Origin: an uncultured Rhodobacteraceae bacterium
GTDB lineage: Bacteria > Pseudomonadota > Alphaproteobacteria > Rhodobacterales > Rhodobacteraceae
Length of the DNA stretch: 64,000 nt
Reading direction: 5' to 3'
NCBI GenBank assembly: GCA_937922155.1
Contig: CAKZVL010000049.1
Span: forward strand, 9,004-73,003
Shown here piece after piece: positions 50,451 to 60,738 of this stretch. Each line of letters begins with the position of its first letter. The stretch's first letter is position 1. The notes under the pieces were generated by a model, which was given only the letters and a program-made list of their open reading frames with translations, did not search any database and was not told where the DNA came from. A program made the position numbers and the translations under genes.

Positions 50451-51050
50451 TTACATGCGGCTTGCAACGTTTTCCCAGTTGACCAGATTGTCGAGGAAGT
50501 TGGTCAAATAGACAGGACGCTTATTGCGGAAATCGATGTAGTAGGAATGTTCCCACACATCACACCCCAACAACGCCGTTTGACCAAAGCACAAGGGGTT
50601 CACGCCATTTTCCGTCTTGGTCACAGCCAAAGACCCGTCAGCATTCTTAACAAGCCAGCACCAGCCAGACCCGAACTGGCCCGCACCTGCGGCTGAAAAC
50701 TGCTTTTTGAATTCATCAACGGAACCAAAGCTTTCGCTCAGCGCCTTTTCCAACTCAGATGGCATCGCCGATTTACCCGGCCCCATCATTTCCCAAAATT
50801 GGTTGTGGTTCCAAAGCTGAGAGATGTTGTTGAAAATACCATTCTGCGCCACGGCAGACTTGTCATATGTCCCGACAATGATCTCTTCGAGGGATTTACC
50901 CTCCCACTCTGTCCCTGCAATCGCAGCGTTACCGTTGGTGACATAGGCGTTGTGGTGCAGGTCGTGGTGGTATTCTAGCGTCTCTTTTGACATGCCAGCA
51001 TCAGCAAGCGCATCGTGGGCGTAAGGTAGATCAGGAAGTTCGAAAGCCAT
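50451..51050 (-). CDS. sodB: Fe superoxide dismutase
   Basis: 199 aa with LPYAHDAL, HHDLHHNAY and DVWEHSYYID metal-ligand motifs. Confidence 0.95.
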   Translation of the reverse strand: MAFELPDLPYAHDALADAGMSKETLEYHHDLHHNAYVTNGNAAIAGTEWEGKSLEEIIVGTYDKSAVAQNGIFNNISQLWNHNQFWEMMGPGKSAMPSELEKALSESFGSVDEFKKQFSAAGAGQFGSGWCWLVKNADGSLAVTKTENGVNPLCFGQTALLGCDVWEHSYYIDFRNKRPVYLTNFLDNLVNWENVASRM

Positions 51051-51110
51051 ATTGGGACCCCATCAGTTTGGTGTTTCGTTGGCCTTAAGAAAGCGCAAAC
51101 GCCGTTGGCG

Positions 51111-51680
51111 TCAACCGTTAAGGTGGTCAACAGGCCCGGCTTTTGCCGATGCGGCCAATAAGTTAAACGTATAATCAGCCACAGAACGAAAACAAACCAC
51201 CCGAAAACTGTCTTGGTCCACCTTCCAAAAGGCGGCGGCCACTTGGCCAAGTCGACTACGGCGCAACCTCCCGACCGGAAAATGAGCGGGGTCCAGATCA
51301 ACGGGGGCCAGTTTCGCCAAAATCTCATGAACGTATTTCCCAGTCAGCTGGAACATCGCACGCGCATCCGAAACATCAAATGCAAGGAAATGACTGCCTT
51401 TCAACGCCTCTTGCGCCATGCTCAACGCCACTTCTGACGTCGCATAGGGCACCAAGATCAAAACTTCATCTGGTGACATCCAAGCAAGGCCGGTTTCCCC
51501 AGTCGTTGTCGCATGTCCTTTGGCAGGCAAATCATGGCCGGTCAGATCACGGCAAATGGCCGCGATCTTGGGATCGGCCAGATCACCGCGCAGCGTGATC
51601 ATGCCACAAAGACCCATTTCCTGAATGGTGACGACCCCCTCGGCGGTTCGACCCTGTAGGGCGCTGATCACATCAGACAT
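51111..51680 (-). CDS. soxG: Sarcosine oxidase subunit gamma
   Basis: It follows soxA with an ATGTCTGA-type overlap at 51673-51680. Size and position are typical of soxG. Confidence 0.75.
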   Translation of the reverse strand: MSDVISALQGRTAEGVVTIQEMGLCGMITLRGDLADPKIAAICRDLTGHDLPAKGHATTTGETGLAWMSPDEVLILVPYATSEVALSMAQEALKGSHFLAFDVSDARAMFQLTGKYVHEILAKLAPVDLDPAHFPVGRLRRSRLGQVAAAFWKVDQDSFRVVCFRSVADYTFNLLAASAKAGPVDHLNG

Positions 51681-54600
51681 TTTGCTTCTCCCCATCTGAG
51701 TCATAGAAAACGGGGCTGACGATCTTGGTCGGGATCGGATCACCACCGATCTGGTTGAATTCGATAACCTCACCCATGCGATCGGGCCCGTTGTGCACCA
51801 GCCCCATCGCAATGCCCTTATTCAGCGTCGCCGAATAATAGGTCGAGGTCACACGCCCCTGCGTGTTGCCTTGCCCGTTGGCGTTCGTCCCCTCCGCAAT
51901 GGCATATGCGCCATCCGGCAGCACGGACCCATCAACGGTTTCTAGCCCCACCAGCTTCCAACGATCCGGGCTCGCCATATAGTCGCGTTCTTGCGCGCGC
52001 TTGCCGAGGTAGTCGTCCTTCTTTTTCGACAAAGCCCACTGCAGGTTCAAATCCTGCGGGATGACCGTGCCATCGGTTTCATCCCCGATCATGATGAACC
52101 CCTTTTCAGCCCGCAAGATGTGCAGGGTTTCGGTGCCATATGGCATAACCCCAAACTCTTGCCCCGCATCCATCAAGGCATCCCACAGCGCCTGCCCCTG
52201 TCCGGCAGGCACTGCAATCTCATAGGACAATTCCCCTGAAAAACTAATGCGATAGGCACGAACATCAAAACCGCCAAGGGTACCATCAGCCCATTGCATG
52301 AACGGCAAGGCATCCTTGCTAACATCCATACCGCCCAGCTTTTCCAAGACCTGACGCGCCTTGGGGCCCACAACCGCGATCTGGCCATATTGTTCGGTGA
52401 CATTCCCGACATAAACCTGCCAGTCCCACCATTCGCATTGCAACCAGTCTTCCATCCAGCCGTGAATGCGTTCAGCGCCGCCAGTGGTCGTGTGGCACAG
52501 CCAAGTGTCTCCGTCGATGCGCGCAACGACCCCGTCGTCCATTAGAAATCCGTTTTCAGAACACATCAGCCCGTATCGGCACTTCCCCACCGCAAGATTG
52601 GACATCATGTTGGTGTACATCATATCCAAAAACTTGCCCGCGTCCGGCCCCTTAACGATCAGTTTCCCGAGGGTAGACGCATCTAGCAGACCGACGTTCG
52701 TTCGGGTATTGATCACCTCGCGGTTCACAGCATCATGCACGTCTTCGCCGCTGCGCAGATACGCGAAAGGGCGCTGCCACGCGCCGACAGGTTCATTGTC
52801 TGCACCATTGGCATCGGACCAGTCAGAAATCGGCGTTTTGCGGATCGGCTGGAATAAATCACCCTTTGCCACACCTGCGATGACAGACATCGAAATCGGT
52901 GTATAAGGCGGGCGAAATGTTGTTGTACCCACATCCGGAATATCACTGCCCAAAGCAATAGAAAGCGTGGCAAGACCATTGATATTGCTCAACTTACCCT
53001 GATCCGTCGCCATGCCAAGCGTCGTATAGCGTTTGGCATGTTCAACGCTTTCAAACCCTTCTTGTGCTGCCAGTTGCACATCGCTCACTTTCACGTCGTT
53101 TTGAAAATCAAGCCATGCCTTGGATCGCAAATCATACCCTGCTTTCGCAGGCATCATCCAAACCGGCATTAGCGGTTCTTCGACGGCATCCTGACCAACG
53201 GGCGCATCCGCATTGCGTGGCGTGGCGCCACTGGCTTTCGCGGCTACGCGCCCCGCTTCCAAGGCATCCTTCAGCACATCGTCGGTGCGCAAATGGCCAT
53301 TGGCGGTCCCTGCGCAGCTGACAAATGCCTCACCCGTGGCACCCTTTGGCGCCTTTTCAGGATCAGGGCGGAACATCGTTTGCGCCTCATCCCAAATCAA
53401 CTTGCCACCACAATGGGACCAAAGATGCACAACGGGGGACCAACCGCCCGACATCGCAACGCAATCACATTCGATCAGATCTAACGCGCCACCAGTCCCA
53501 TCCTGCAAACCGACGTAAACGCCTTTAACCTCTTTGCCACCTTTCACCTTGACTACAGCGCGCGCGGTTTCCACCGGAATACCCAAGGCCCGCGCTTGCG
53601 CAGGCAACGCGCCGTTGGCCTCTGGTCGCGCATCGATCACCGCAGGCACATCAAGGCCCGCTTCCTTCAACGTGATCGCCGTGCGATAGCCATCATCATT
53701 GTTGGTCACAACCACCGTACGCTTACCAACCGAAACGCCGTAATTCACCGTATAGTCGCGAACAGCAGACGCCAAAAGAACGCCAGGAATGTCATTACCT
53801 GCAAAGGACAAAGGCCGCTCAATCGCACCAGATGCCACAACGATCTGCTTGGCCCTGATCCGCCAAAGTCGATGGCGCGGACCATCCGTTGGGCCATGAT
53901 CGCCCAACCGCTCATAAGCCAGTGCATACCCGTGATCATACACACCTGCGCCCATACACCGCGTGCGCATGGTGACGTTGGGCATATTATCAAGCTCGGC
54001 AATCCGCGCATCAATCCAGTCTTGCGCGGGTCGATCGTTGATCATTGCGCCATCCACTGGCGCACGACCGCCCCAATGGGCAGTTTGTTCCATCAACAAA
54101 ACACGTGCACCAGAACGCGCTGCGCCAAGCGCTGCAGTTAATCCGGCAATCCCACCACCGACAATCAGAACATCAACTGCACAATGAAAATGCTCGTACG
54201 TGTCCGGATCACGCTCTTTCGGGGCTTTGCCAAGACCTGCGGACTTGCGAATAAACGGTTCATAGACGTGTTTCCACAACGGGCGCGGATGAATGAACAT
54301 TTTGTAATAAAAACCAGCCGGCAAAAATCGCGCGAGTTTACTGTTCACCGCACCAACATCAAAATCCAATGACGGCCAGTGGTTTTGCGATTCCGCTACC
54401 AGCCCGTCGAACAATTCTTGTGTGGTGGCCCGCTGGTTCGGCTCAAACCGATCCCCTTCGCCAAGGTTCATCAGCGCGTTGGGTTCTTCTGCACCGCTAC
54501 CCACAACGCTGCGCGGGCGGTGATACTTAAACGACCGCCCCATCAACATCTGACCGTTCGCCAGCAAGGCAGAGGCCAGCGTGTCGCCCTGCACACCCTT

Positions 54601-54681
54601 TAAGGTTTTGCCATTAAAGGTAAAGGATACGTCCTTGTTTTTATTGACAAAACGACCACCCGCGGCCAATCGCATGCTCAT
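51673..54681 (-). CDS. soxA: Sarcosine oxidase subunit alpha
   Basis: About 1002 aa with an NAD/FAD fold (DVLIVGGGIAGLTAAL) and a C-terminal aminomethyltransferase/folate-binding-like domain. Confidence 0.9.
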   Translation of the reverse strand: MSMRLAAGGRFVNKNKDVSFTFNGKTLKGVQGDTLASALLANGQMLMGRSFKYHRPRSVVGSGAEEPNALMNLGEGDRFEPNQRATTQELFDGLVAESQNHWPSLDFDVGAVNSKLARFLPAGFYYKMFIHPRPLWKHVYEPFIRKSAGLGKAPKERDPDTYEHFHCAVDVLIVGGGIAGLTAALGAARSGARVLLMEQTAHWGGRAPVDGAMINDRPAQDWIDARIAELDNMPNVTMRTRCMGAGVYDHGYALAYERLGDHGPTDGPRHRLWRIRAKQIVVASGAIERPLSFAGNDIPGVLLASAVRDYTVNYGVSVGKRTVVVTNNDDGYRTAITLKEAGLDVPAVIDARPEANGALPAQARALGIPVETARAVVKVKGGKEVKGVYVGLQDGTGGALDLIECDCVAMSGGWSPVVHLWSHCGGKLIWDEAQTMFRPDPEKAPKGATGEAFVSCAGTANGHLRTDDVLKDALEAGRVAAKASGATPRNADAPVGQDAVEEPLMPVWMMPAKAGYDLRSKAWLDFQNDVKVSDVQLAAQEGFESVEHAKRYTTLGMATDQGKLSNINGLATLSIALGSDIPDVGTTTFRPPYTPISMSVIAGVAKGDLFQPIRKTPISDWSDANGADNEPVGAWQRPFAYLRSGEDVHDAVNREVINTRTNVGLLDASTLGKLIVKGPDAGKFLDMMYTNMMSNLAVGKCRYGLMCSENGFLMDDGVVARIDGDTWLCHTTTGGAERIHGWMEDWLQCEWWDWQVYVGNVTEQYGQIAVVGPKARQVLEKLGGMDVSKDALPFMQWADGTLGGFDVRAYRISFSGELSYEIAVPAGQGQALWDALMDAGQEFGVMPYGTETLHILRAEKGFIMIGDETDGTVIPQDLNLQWALSKKKDDYLGKRAQERDYMASPDRWKLVGLETVDGSVLPDGAYAIAEGTNANGQGNTQGRVTSTYYSATLNKGIAMGLVHNGPDRMGEVIEFNQIGGDPIPTKIVSPVFYDSDGEKQNV

Positions 54682-55007
54682 GACAACGCCCCCCATGTCC
54701 AGCCGGGACGCTTTTTGGTGATCTTGTCACGTATGTCCTTTGGCGGCTCAAGCGTTTGTGCAGGATAGGTTCCAAAAACCTCCAGCGTTTGGGTGCAACG
54801 TGCCGCCAAAAACCATTTTCCGCAGCCATAAGTGTGATGCCAACGCTCAAAATGCACGCCCTTTGGGTTCTCGCGCATGAAAAGGTAGCCTTCAAATTCC
54901 TCATCGCTCGATCCAGGGCCAAAGCGTTTGAGATGCGCCTCCCCACCTGCGTGCAGGTCGGTTTCATCCACGTCTTCGCCGCAGCACGGGCAGTACAGTG
55001 TTAACAT
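54678..55007 (-). CDS. soxD: Sarcosine oxidase subunit delta
   Basis: 109 aa with a CPCCG zinc-binding start. A strong SD (AAGGAG) precedes the ATG at 55007, and the stop overlaps the soxA start. Confidence 0.85.
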   Translation of the reverse strand: MLTLYCPCCGEDVDETDLHAGGEAHLKRFGPGSSDEEFEGYLFMRENPKGVHFERWHHTYGCGKWFLAARCTQTLEVFGTYPAQTLEPPKDIRDKITKKRPGWTWGALS

Positions 55008-55316
55008 TACACGTCTCCTTGAGACGGCGCGCGCATCAGCACGGCGCACAATCGACAAAATTGCGCCAGACATCGGAGGTTGCAACTATTGGTTGATATT
55101 TTCACTTGGCTCCACCACCGTTGAACGTTACGCCATACTCATGGAAATCGTGTTTTATATTTTGATCATTACCGCCTTTATCGCTTTTGTCGCTTGGCTG
55201 TTTCAATCGCGTCCCGCTGCAAAGCACAAAACCGGCACCGGCGCGCCCATGTCGCATCAGCAAAAACAGTTGGACCATCAAGAGCGCGAAAAGCGATTGA
55301 TCAATTTCAAAGACCA

Positions 55317-56561
55317 TTAATGCGCCACCCCTGCAGCGACGCTTTCATCGATAAACTTGCCCCGGCCAAACCGGTTCATGTCAAACTCCTCGGTTAAAGG
55401 CGAATGGCCTTTCGCCATCAGCTCGGCCATCGCCCAGCCCGACCCCGGAATCGCTTTGAACCCGCCCGTGCCCCAACCACAATTCACAAACACCCCTTCA
55501 ACAGGTGTCTTGGACAAAATCGGGGATCGATCCCCCGTCACATCCACGATCCCGCCCCACTGGCGCAGCATTTTCAACCGCGCGATCATGGGAAAGGTTT
55601 CGACCAGCGCGCGCACGGTTTCTTCGATGTGATGAAACGACCCGCGCTGCGTGTAATTGTTATATCCATCTGTGCCGCCACCAATCACCATCTCGCCCTT
55701 GTCAGATTGCGACATATAGCCATGAACCGTGTTGGCCATCACAACGATATCCATGCAAGGTTTGATCGGCTCTGACACCAGCGCCTGCAACGCCACGCTT
55801 TCAATTGGCAGCTGAAACCCGGCCATGTTGGCGACGTGACTTGCGTGCCCGGCAACCACCATCCCAAGTTTATCACAGGCGATATCACCGCGCGTGGTGT
55901 TGACGCCCGTCACGTTGCCAGCGCTGGTGGTCACCCCAGTGACTTCGCATTGCTGGATGATATCCATCCCCATATCGCTGCAAGCGCGCGCATACCCCCA
56001 CGCCACAGCATCGTGACGCGCAGTCCCACCGCGTGCCTGCCACAGCCCGCCAAGCACCGGATAGCGTGGCCCATCAATGTTCATGATCGGGCAAATTTCT
56101 TTGACCTCGGCGGGTTCGATCCAGCGTGTTTCGACGCCTTGCAACGCGTTGGCGTGTGCTGTGCGCTTGTACCCACGGATTTCATGCTGCGTCTGGGCCA
56201 ACATCAAAACCCCACGCGGGCTAAACATGACGTTGTAGTTCAGATCTTGGCTCATCGTCTCATATAGCGAGCGCGACTTTTCATAAATCGCCGCAGACGG
56301 ATCTTGCAAATAATTGGATCGAATGATCGTGGTATTGCGCCCAGTGTTCCCACCACCGAGCCAGCCTTTTTCCAGCACAGCAACATTTGTGATGCCAAAG
56401 TTTTTGCCAAGGAAATACGCCGTTGCCAGACCATGCCCGCCAGCACCGATAATGATCACATCATAGCGTTTCTTGGGTTCAGGATTGCCCCAAGCGCGAG
56501 TCCAGCCAACGTGTTGGCGCAACGCTTCTTTTGCAATGGCAAAGGCGGAATAGCGTTTCAT
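55317..56561 (-). CDS. soxB: Sarcosine oxidase subunit beta
   Basis: 414 aa with the FAD fold DVIIIGAGGHGLATAY, and typical SoxB length. Confidence 0.9.
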   Translation of the reverse strand: MKRYSAFAIAKEALRQHVGWTRAWGNPEPKKRYDVIIIGAGGHGLATAYFLGKNFGITNVAVLEKGWLGGGNTGRNTTIIRSNYLQDPSAAIYEKSRSLYETMSQDLNYNVMFSPRGVLMLAQTQHEIRGYKRTAHANALQGVETRWIEPAEVKEICPIMNIDGPRYPVLGGLWQARGGTARHDAVAWGYARACSDMGMDIIQQCEVTGVTTSAGNVTGVNTTRGDIACDKLGMVVAGHASHVANMAGFQLPIESVALQALVSEPIKPCMDIVVMANTVHGYMSQSDKGEMVIGGGTDGYNNYTQRGSFHHIEETVRALVETFPMIARLKMLRQWGGIVDVTGDRSPILSKTPVEGVFVNCGWGTGGFKAIPGSGWAMAELMAKGHSPLTEEFDMNRFGRGKFIDESVAAGVAH

Positions 56562-56755
56562 GTTTGGCGATTCCCAAATGGCTTGGCTACTAGTCGTTTT
56601 TCGCGTGTCTGACGACGTGAAAGGATACCCAGACCGTCACATAGCCCGTCTTTTGCGACAAGCGGTTTGAATGCGCCATGCGCGAATGGTCGCAAAGGGT
56701 TTTCATCCGTCTTCACCAGCCCTACTTTGCCCCTAAGAAACAAAGGATCTGGCAC

Positions 56756-57955
56756 GTGATATTTTGGCTGATTTCGATTGCGATGTCCTGTGCGATTGCC
56801 GGGATCATTATCGCCCCGGTGCTAAGGGCGAAAGAGGGTGAGGTCACCTCCCCCGATGTCGACCTCTACAAGTCCCAACTGGCTGAGTTGGACAACGACA
56901 TCGCGCGCGGCGTCATGTCTGGGGCTGAGGCAGAACTGGCCCGCACCGAAATTGCACGGCGACTGCTGGCGGCCAGCAAATCCGTGGAAAGCTCCACCAC
57001 AGCCCCCTCAGGCGCCAATCGCATTGTCGCAGGGGCAAGCGTTGTTGTCATTCTCGCGGTGTCGCTTTGGGCCTACAACTCCATAGGCGCACCGGGTGAG
57101 CCGGATCAACCACTAGCAGCACGTCACGCGATGGCAGAACAGATGCGCGAGAACCGCCCATCCCAAGCAGAGTTTGAGGCCGCAGCCCCCCCACCACCAG
57201 AAGTGGATGCGCCAGTGGACTATATCGCAAACGTGGAACAGCTCCGCGAAATAATGCCCACACGACCGGATGATCTGCGGGGTTGGACGCTACTTGCATT
57301 CCATGAAACCGAATTGCTGAACTACAGCGCTGCCGCCCGCGCCCAATCGCAAGTCTTGCGCATTACAGAAGCGGAAAACATCGACGACATGGTCCGCCTT
57401 GTCGATCTTTTGGTTGCAGCCGCCAATGGTCACGTCTCGCCCGAGGCGGAAAACGTGGTACGCCAAATACTCGCCCGCGACGAAGACAACATCCCGGCCC
57501 GTTATTACCTTGGTGCGCTACATAATGCGACAGACCGGCCTGATATTGCGTTTGGACTTTGGCGACCGCTTTTGGACAACGCACCCGATAGCTTTCACGT
57601 CGCACTGGCCCGCGAACAAATCGAGGATGCGGCGTTTCGTGCGGGGACCGATTACACACTGCCAACAACCGCAACCCGCGGACCAAGCGCCGAAGACATC
57701 GCCGCCGCTGAAGGGATGAGCGAGGAGGATCGAAATATAATGATCGGCGGTATGGTCGCAGGGCTTTCCGACCGCCTTGCCAATGAAGGCGGCACTGCAA
57801 GCGATTGGGCCCGATTGATCAGCGCTTATGGCGTTTTGGGCGACACGCAGGCCGCCGCAGACATCTGGGCCGAAGCGCAAACCGCCTTTGTCGGCAATCC
57901 ATCAGCCATCGAAGAATTGCGCGCGGCTGCCATCAGCGCAGGCGTCGCAGAATGA
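56756..57955 (+). CDS. ccmI: c-type cytochrome biogenesis protein CcmI (CycH)
   Basis: N-terminal TM pair (IFWLISIAMSCAIAGIIIAP...) followed by a TPR-like periplasmic domain. I prefer the GTG at 56756, which has AAGGA 8 nt upstream. Confidence 0.7.
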   Translation: MIFWLISIAMSCAIAGIIIAPVLRAKEGEVTSPDVDLYKSQLAELDNDIARGVMSGAEAELARTEIARRLLAASKSVESSTTAPSGANRIVAGASVVVILAVSLWAYNSIGAPGEPDQPLAARHAMAEQMRENRPSQAEFEAAAPPPPEVDAPVDYIANVEQLREIMPTRPDDLRGWTLLAFHETELLNYSAAARAQSQVLRITEAENIDDMVRLVDLLVAAANGHVSPEAENVVRQILARDEDNIPARYYLGALHNATDRPDIAFGLWRPLLDNAPDSFHVALAREQIEDAAFRAGTDYTLPTTATRGPSAEDIAAAEGMSEEDRNIMIGGMVAGLSDRLANEGGTASDWARLISAYGVLGDTQAAADIWAEAQTAFVGNPSAIEELRAAAISAGVAE

Positions 57956-58425
57956 TTTTCGAAACACTTGATGAGGCCGCGCAGTCGTTACAACCGATGA
58001 CGCCTATCGCCGGATTGGACCTAGGGACCGTGACTATCGGCGTTGCCGTATCCGATCGCCTTTTGACCGTGGCAACACCCGTTGAAACCATCAAACGCAA
58101 GAAATTCGGCATTGACGCCGCCGCCCTCCTCGCGCTGCTAGATCAGCGCGAGGTCGGCGCGATTGTTCTGGGCCTGCCGCGCAATATGGACGGCAGCGAA
58201 GGACCACGCGCCCAGTCAACGCGCGCCTTTGCCCGTAACCTTGAAAAGCTGACGCCAATGACAATCACATTTTGGGACGAACGTCTGTCCACCGTCGCAG
58301 CTGAACGCGCGTTGCTAGAGGCGGATACGTCCCGCAAACGTCGCGCAGAGCTGATTGATCACGTCGCGGCCAGCTATATTCTGCAAGGAGCGTTAGATCG
58401 GCTCGCCCATATGAGGACGCAATGA
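57952..58425 (+). CDS. ruvX: Holliday junction resolvase-like protein RuvX (YqgF)
   Basis: It has GLDLGTVTIGVAVSD and the RLSTVAAERAL motif. An ATGA overlap joins it to the ccmI stop. Confidence 0.85.
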   Translation: MIFETLDEAAQSLQPMTPIAGLDLGTVTIGVAVSDRLLTVATPVETIKRKKFGIDAAALLALLDQREVGAIVLGLPRNMDGSEGPRAQSTRAFARNLEKLTPMTITFWDERLSTVAAERALLEADTSRKRRAELIDHVAASYILQGALDRLAHMRTQ

Positions 58426-58658
58426 CCGACGATATTTGGAAACGCGATGAGATCGAAAGCCCATGCATCAAGATTTGCGTGATCCATCCTGCCACGCGCC
58501 TATGCACCGGGTGTTTGCGCAGCATGGATGAAATCGGCACATGGTCACGGATGACGCCAGACCAAAGGCGCACGGTGATGGCGGAATTACCAGAACGACA
58601 GTCCAAACTCACCAAACGTCGGGGTGGCCGCAGCGCGCGCATAAAGCCAGAGCCTTAA
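58422..58658 (+). CDS. DUF1289 domain protein (small Cys-rich, Fe-S-like)
   Basis: It has the SPCIKIC...CTGCLRSMDEIGTW pattern and overlaps the ruvX stop. Confidence 0.7.
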   Translation: MTDDIWKRDEIESPCIKICVIHPATRLCTGCLRSMDEIGTWSRMTPDQRRTVMAELPERQSKLTKRRGGRSARIKPEP

Positions 58659-58671
58659 GGATCAGAGGCAA

Positions 58672-59754
58672 TCATCCGCTCAAAGATTGCGGAAACACAA
58701 AACACTTGTCACGGCGCAACATAATCCAAAGCGGTGTTCCCGGTTTCGGCAAAAAGACCGAAGGCACAACCGCGCGCATGACAGACCGATCATAATCCAT
58801 CGTAAATTCAACAAGGCTCTCATTGCCCATAAACCGCGCACGCTGCACGATTCCACGCGCAGGCGTGCCTTCCATCGGCGTTGGATTTGGGCCACGGCCA
58901 TGACGATCGAAATCAATCTTTAGATGCTGAGGGCGAATGCAAATGTCGACCCACGTGCCATCCGACACCCCGGGCGTCAGGAATTGACCAAAAGGCGTAT
59001 CCGTCAACGCCCCTTTAACCTGACCACTGATCACATTGATATCACTAAAGAATTCCGCAGCCCCCAAATCAACAGGCGTGTTGTAGATATTATAGGGTGC
59101 GCCCCGTTGGACAATGACCCCATCCCGCATCAAGGCAATCTCATCCGCCATGCGCATCGCCTCTGCCGGCTCATGGGTCACAAGCAGCACAGCCGTCCCT
59201 TCATCGGTTAGCACTTCCAAGGTTTCATCGCGAATATCGTCGCGCAATCGGTCGTCCAACCCAGAAAACGGTTCATCCATCAACATCACTTTCGGACGCG
59301 GCGCCAAAGCTCGTGCAAGGGCCACGCGCTGCTGTTCGCCCCCCGATAGTTCATGCGGATAACGATCAATGTAACGCTGCATCCCAACTTTTTCCAAAAG
59401 CTGCGGCACCCGAACCCGCGCGTCTGCTTTGGACAAGCCAAAGGCCACGTTGCGTGCAACGCTCAGATGCGGGAACAGCGCGAAATCTTGGAACATCAGC
59501 CCAACGCCGCGGTCCTCAGGCGGAACCGACAGCCCATCGCCCGCCATTTGGTGCCCATCAACAAAGATGTCCCCAGAATCCGGCGCCTCAACCCCCGCAA
59601 TAATGCGAAGTGTCGTCGACTTTCCGCACCCCGACGGCCCCAGCAGGCACGTCACCTGCCCTTGCGGCACGGTCAAGCTGACATCGGACACGATACGACG
59701 TCCTGCGTAGGATTTCCCAATATTGGACAATTCTAAACGGGCGTTGGCTGTCAC
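58672..59754 (-). CDS. ABC transporter ATP-binding protein (PotA/FbpC/MalK-type importer ATPase with a C-terminal regulatory domain)
   Basis: GPSGCGKST, LSGGEQQRVALARAL and MLMDEPFSGLD motifs; 360 aa. Confidence 0.85.
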   Translation of the reverse strand: MTANARLELSNIGKSYAGRRIVSDVSLTVPQGQVTCLLGPSGCGKSTTLRIIAGVEAPDSGDIFVDGHQMAGDGLSVPPEDRGVGLMFQDFALFPHLSVARNVAFGLSKADARVRVPQLLEKVGMQRYIDRYPHELSGGEQQRVALARALAPRPKVMLMDEPFSGLDDRLRDDIRDETLEVLTDEGTAVLLVTHEPAEAMRMADEIALMRDGVIVQRGAPYNIYNTPVDLGAAEFFSDINVISGQVKGALTDTPFGQFLTPGVSDGTWVDICIRPQHLKIDFDRHGRGPNPTPMEGTPARGIVQRARFMGNESLVEFTMDYDRSVMRAVVPSVFLPKPGTPLWIMLRRDKCFVFPQSLSG

Positions 59755-59825
59755 AAGTTATTCCAGAGAAAAACAATAAGGTATCTGCTAGCTACAGACT
59801 GCGCCGCGAAAAAACAAGTAACAGA

Positions 59826-60605
59826 TCAAATCGTCGCGTTCACAGCGCCCCCATCCAAAACCACATTCTGTCCGACGATGAACCCCGCATGCTGCGAACA
59901 CAAAAATGCACAAGTCGCCCCAAACTCATCCGGCGTACCATAGCGATGCGCAGGAATGGTGGCTTCGCGATTCTCGCGCGCCTCCTCCATGCTGATTCCT
60001 TGGGCCTTAGATACGCCTTCGTCCAAGCTGGTAGCACGATTTGTGGCGTGGATTCCTGGCAGCATATTGTTGATATTCACACCGAACTGAGCAACTTGGC
60101 GAGAGGTTCCAGCAACATATCCCGTCAGTCCCGCGCGCGCTGAATTGGACAAACCAAGTTGCGGGATCGGAGCCTTTACCGATTGCGACGTGATGTTAAC
60201 CACGCGCCCCCAACGCTTGTCGATCATACCCGGCAGCAACGCTGTCATCATGGCAATAGGGGCAAGCATATTAGCATCAAGTGCGGCGATAAAATCATCA
60301 CGGCTCCAGTCAGACCACAGACCCGGCGGCGGACCACCCGCATTATTGACCAAAATATCAACACCTTGCGCTGCTTTGATTAGGGCCAGCCGGCCATTTT
60401 CGGTTGCAACGTCTGCGGCAACCGCCTCGACAGTGACATCGTATTTCGCGCGCAGCTCTGACGCGGTATTTTCCAAAACATCCGCCGTGCGCCCGTTCAA
60501 GATAACGTTGACACCAGCCCCAGCCAAAGCTTCGGCGCAACCGCGACCCAAGCCTTGCGATGACGCGCAGATCAGCGCTTTTTTACCTTTTATTCCCAAG
60601 TCCAC
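59826..60605 (-). CDS. SDR family oxidoreductase
   Basis: 259 aa with a Rossmann start (KKALICASSQGLGRG) and an NNAG motif. Confidence 0.8.
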   Translation of the reverse strand: MDLGIKGKKALICASSQGLGRGCAEALAGAGVNVILNGRTADVLENTASELRAKYDVTVEAVAADVATENGRLALIKAAQGVDILVNNAGGPPPGLWSDWSRDDFIAALDANMLAPIAMMTALLPGMIDKRWGRVVNITSQSVKAPIPQLGLSNSARAGLTGYVAGTSRQVAQFGVNINNMLPGIHATNRATSLDEGVSKAQGISMEEARENREATIPAHRYGTPDEFGATCAFLCSQHAGFIVGQNVVLDGGAVNATI

Positions 60606-60738
60606 AATTTTGCCCTCCTTTTGCGTTAACTTCGAACTAACACGAACAAGGTAAACTGCAAATCAGCGACCCTTGCGGATGGTGATGTAAACGTTTGGGC
60701 TGCAATGGCTGCCCGTGTTGGGTGAAGAAGGTAGTTTT

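Noticed and set aside
51111-56561. The possibility that the four-subunit oxidase is N-methylglutamate dehydrogenase (mgdABCD) rather than sarcosine oxidase.
   Set aside because: No gmaS or mgsABC genes are adjacent. The gene order beta-delta-alpha-gamma and the subunit sizes fit soxBDAG. The alternative cannot be fully excluded without phylogeny.
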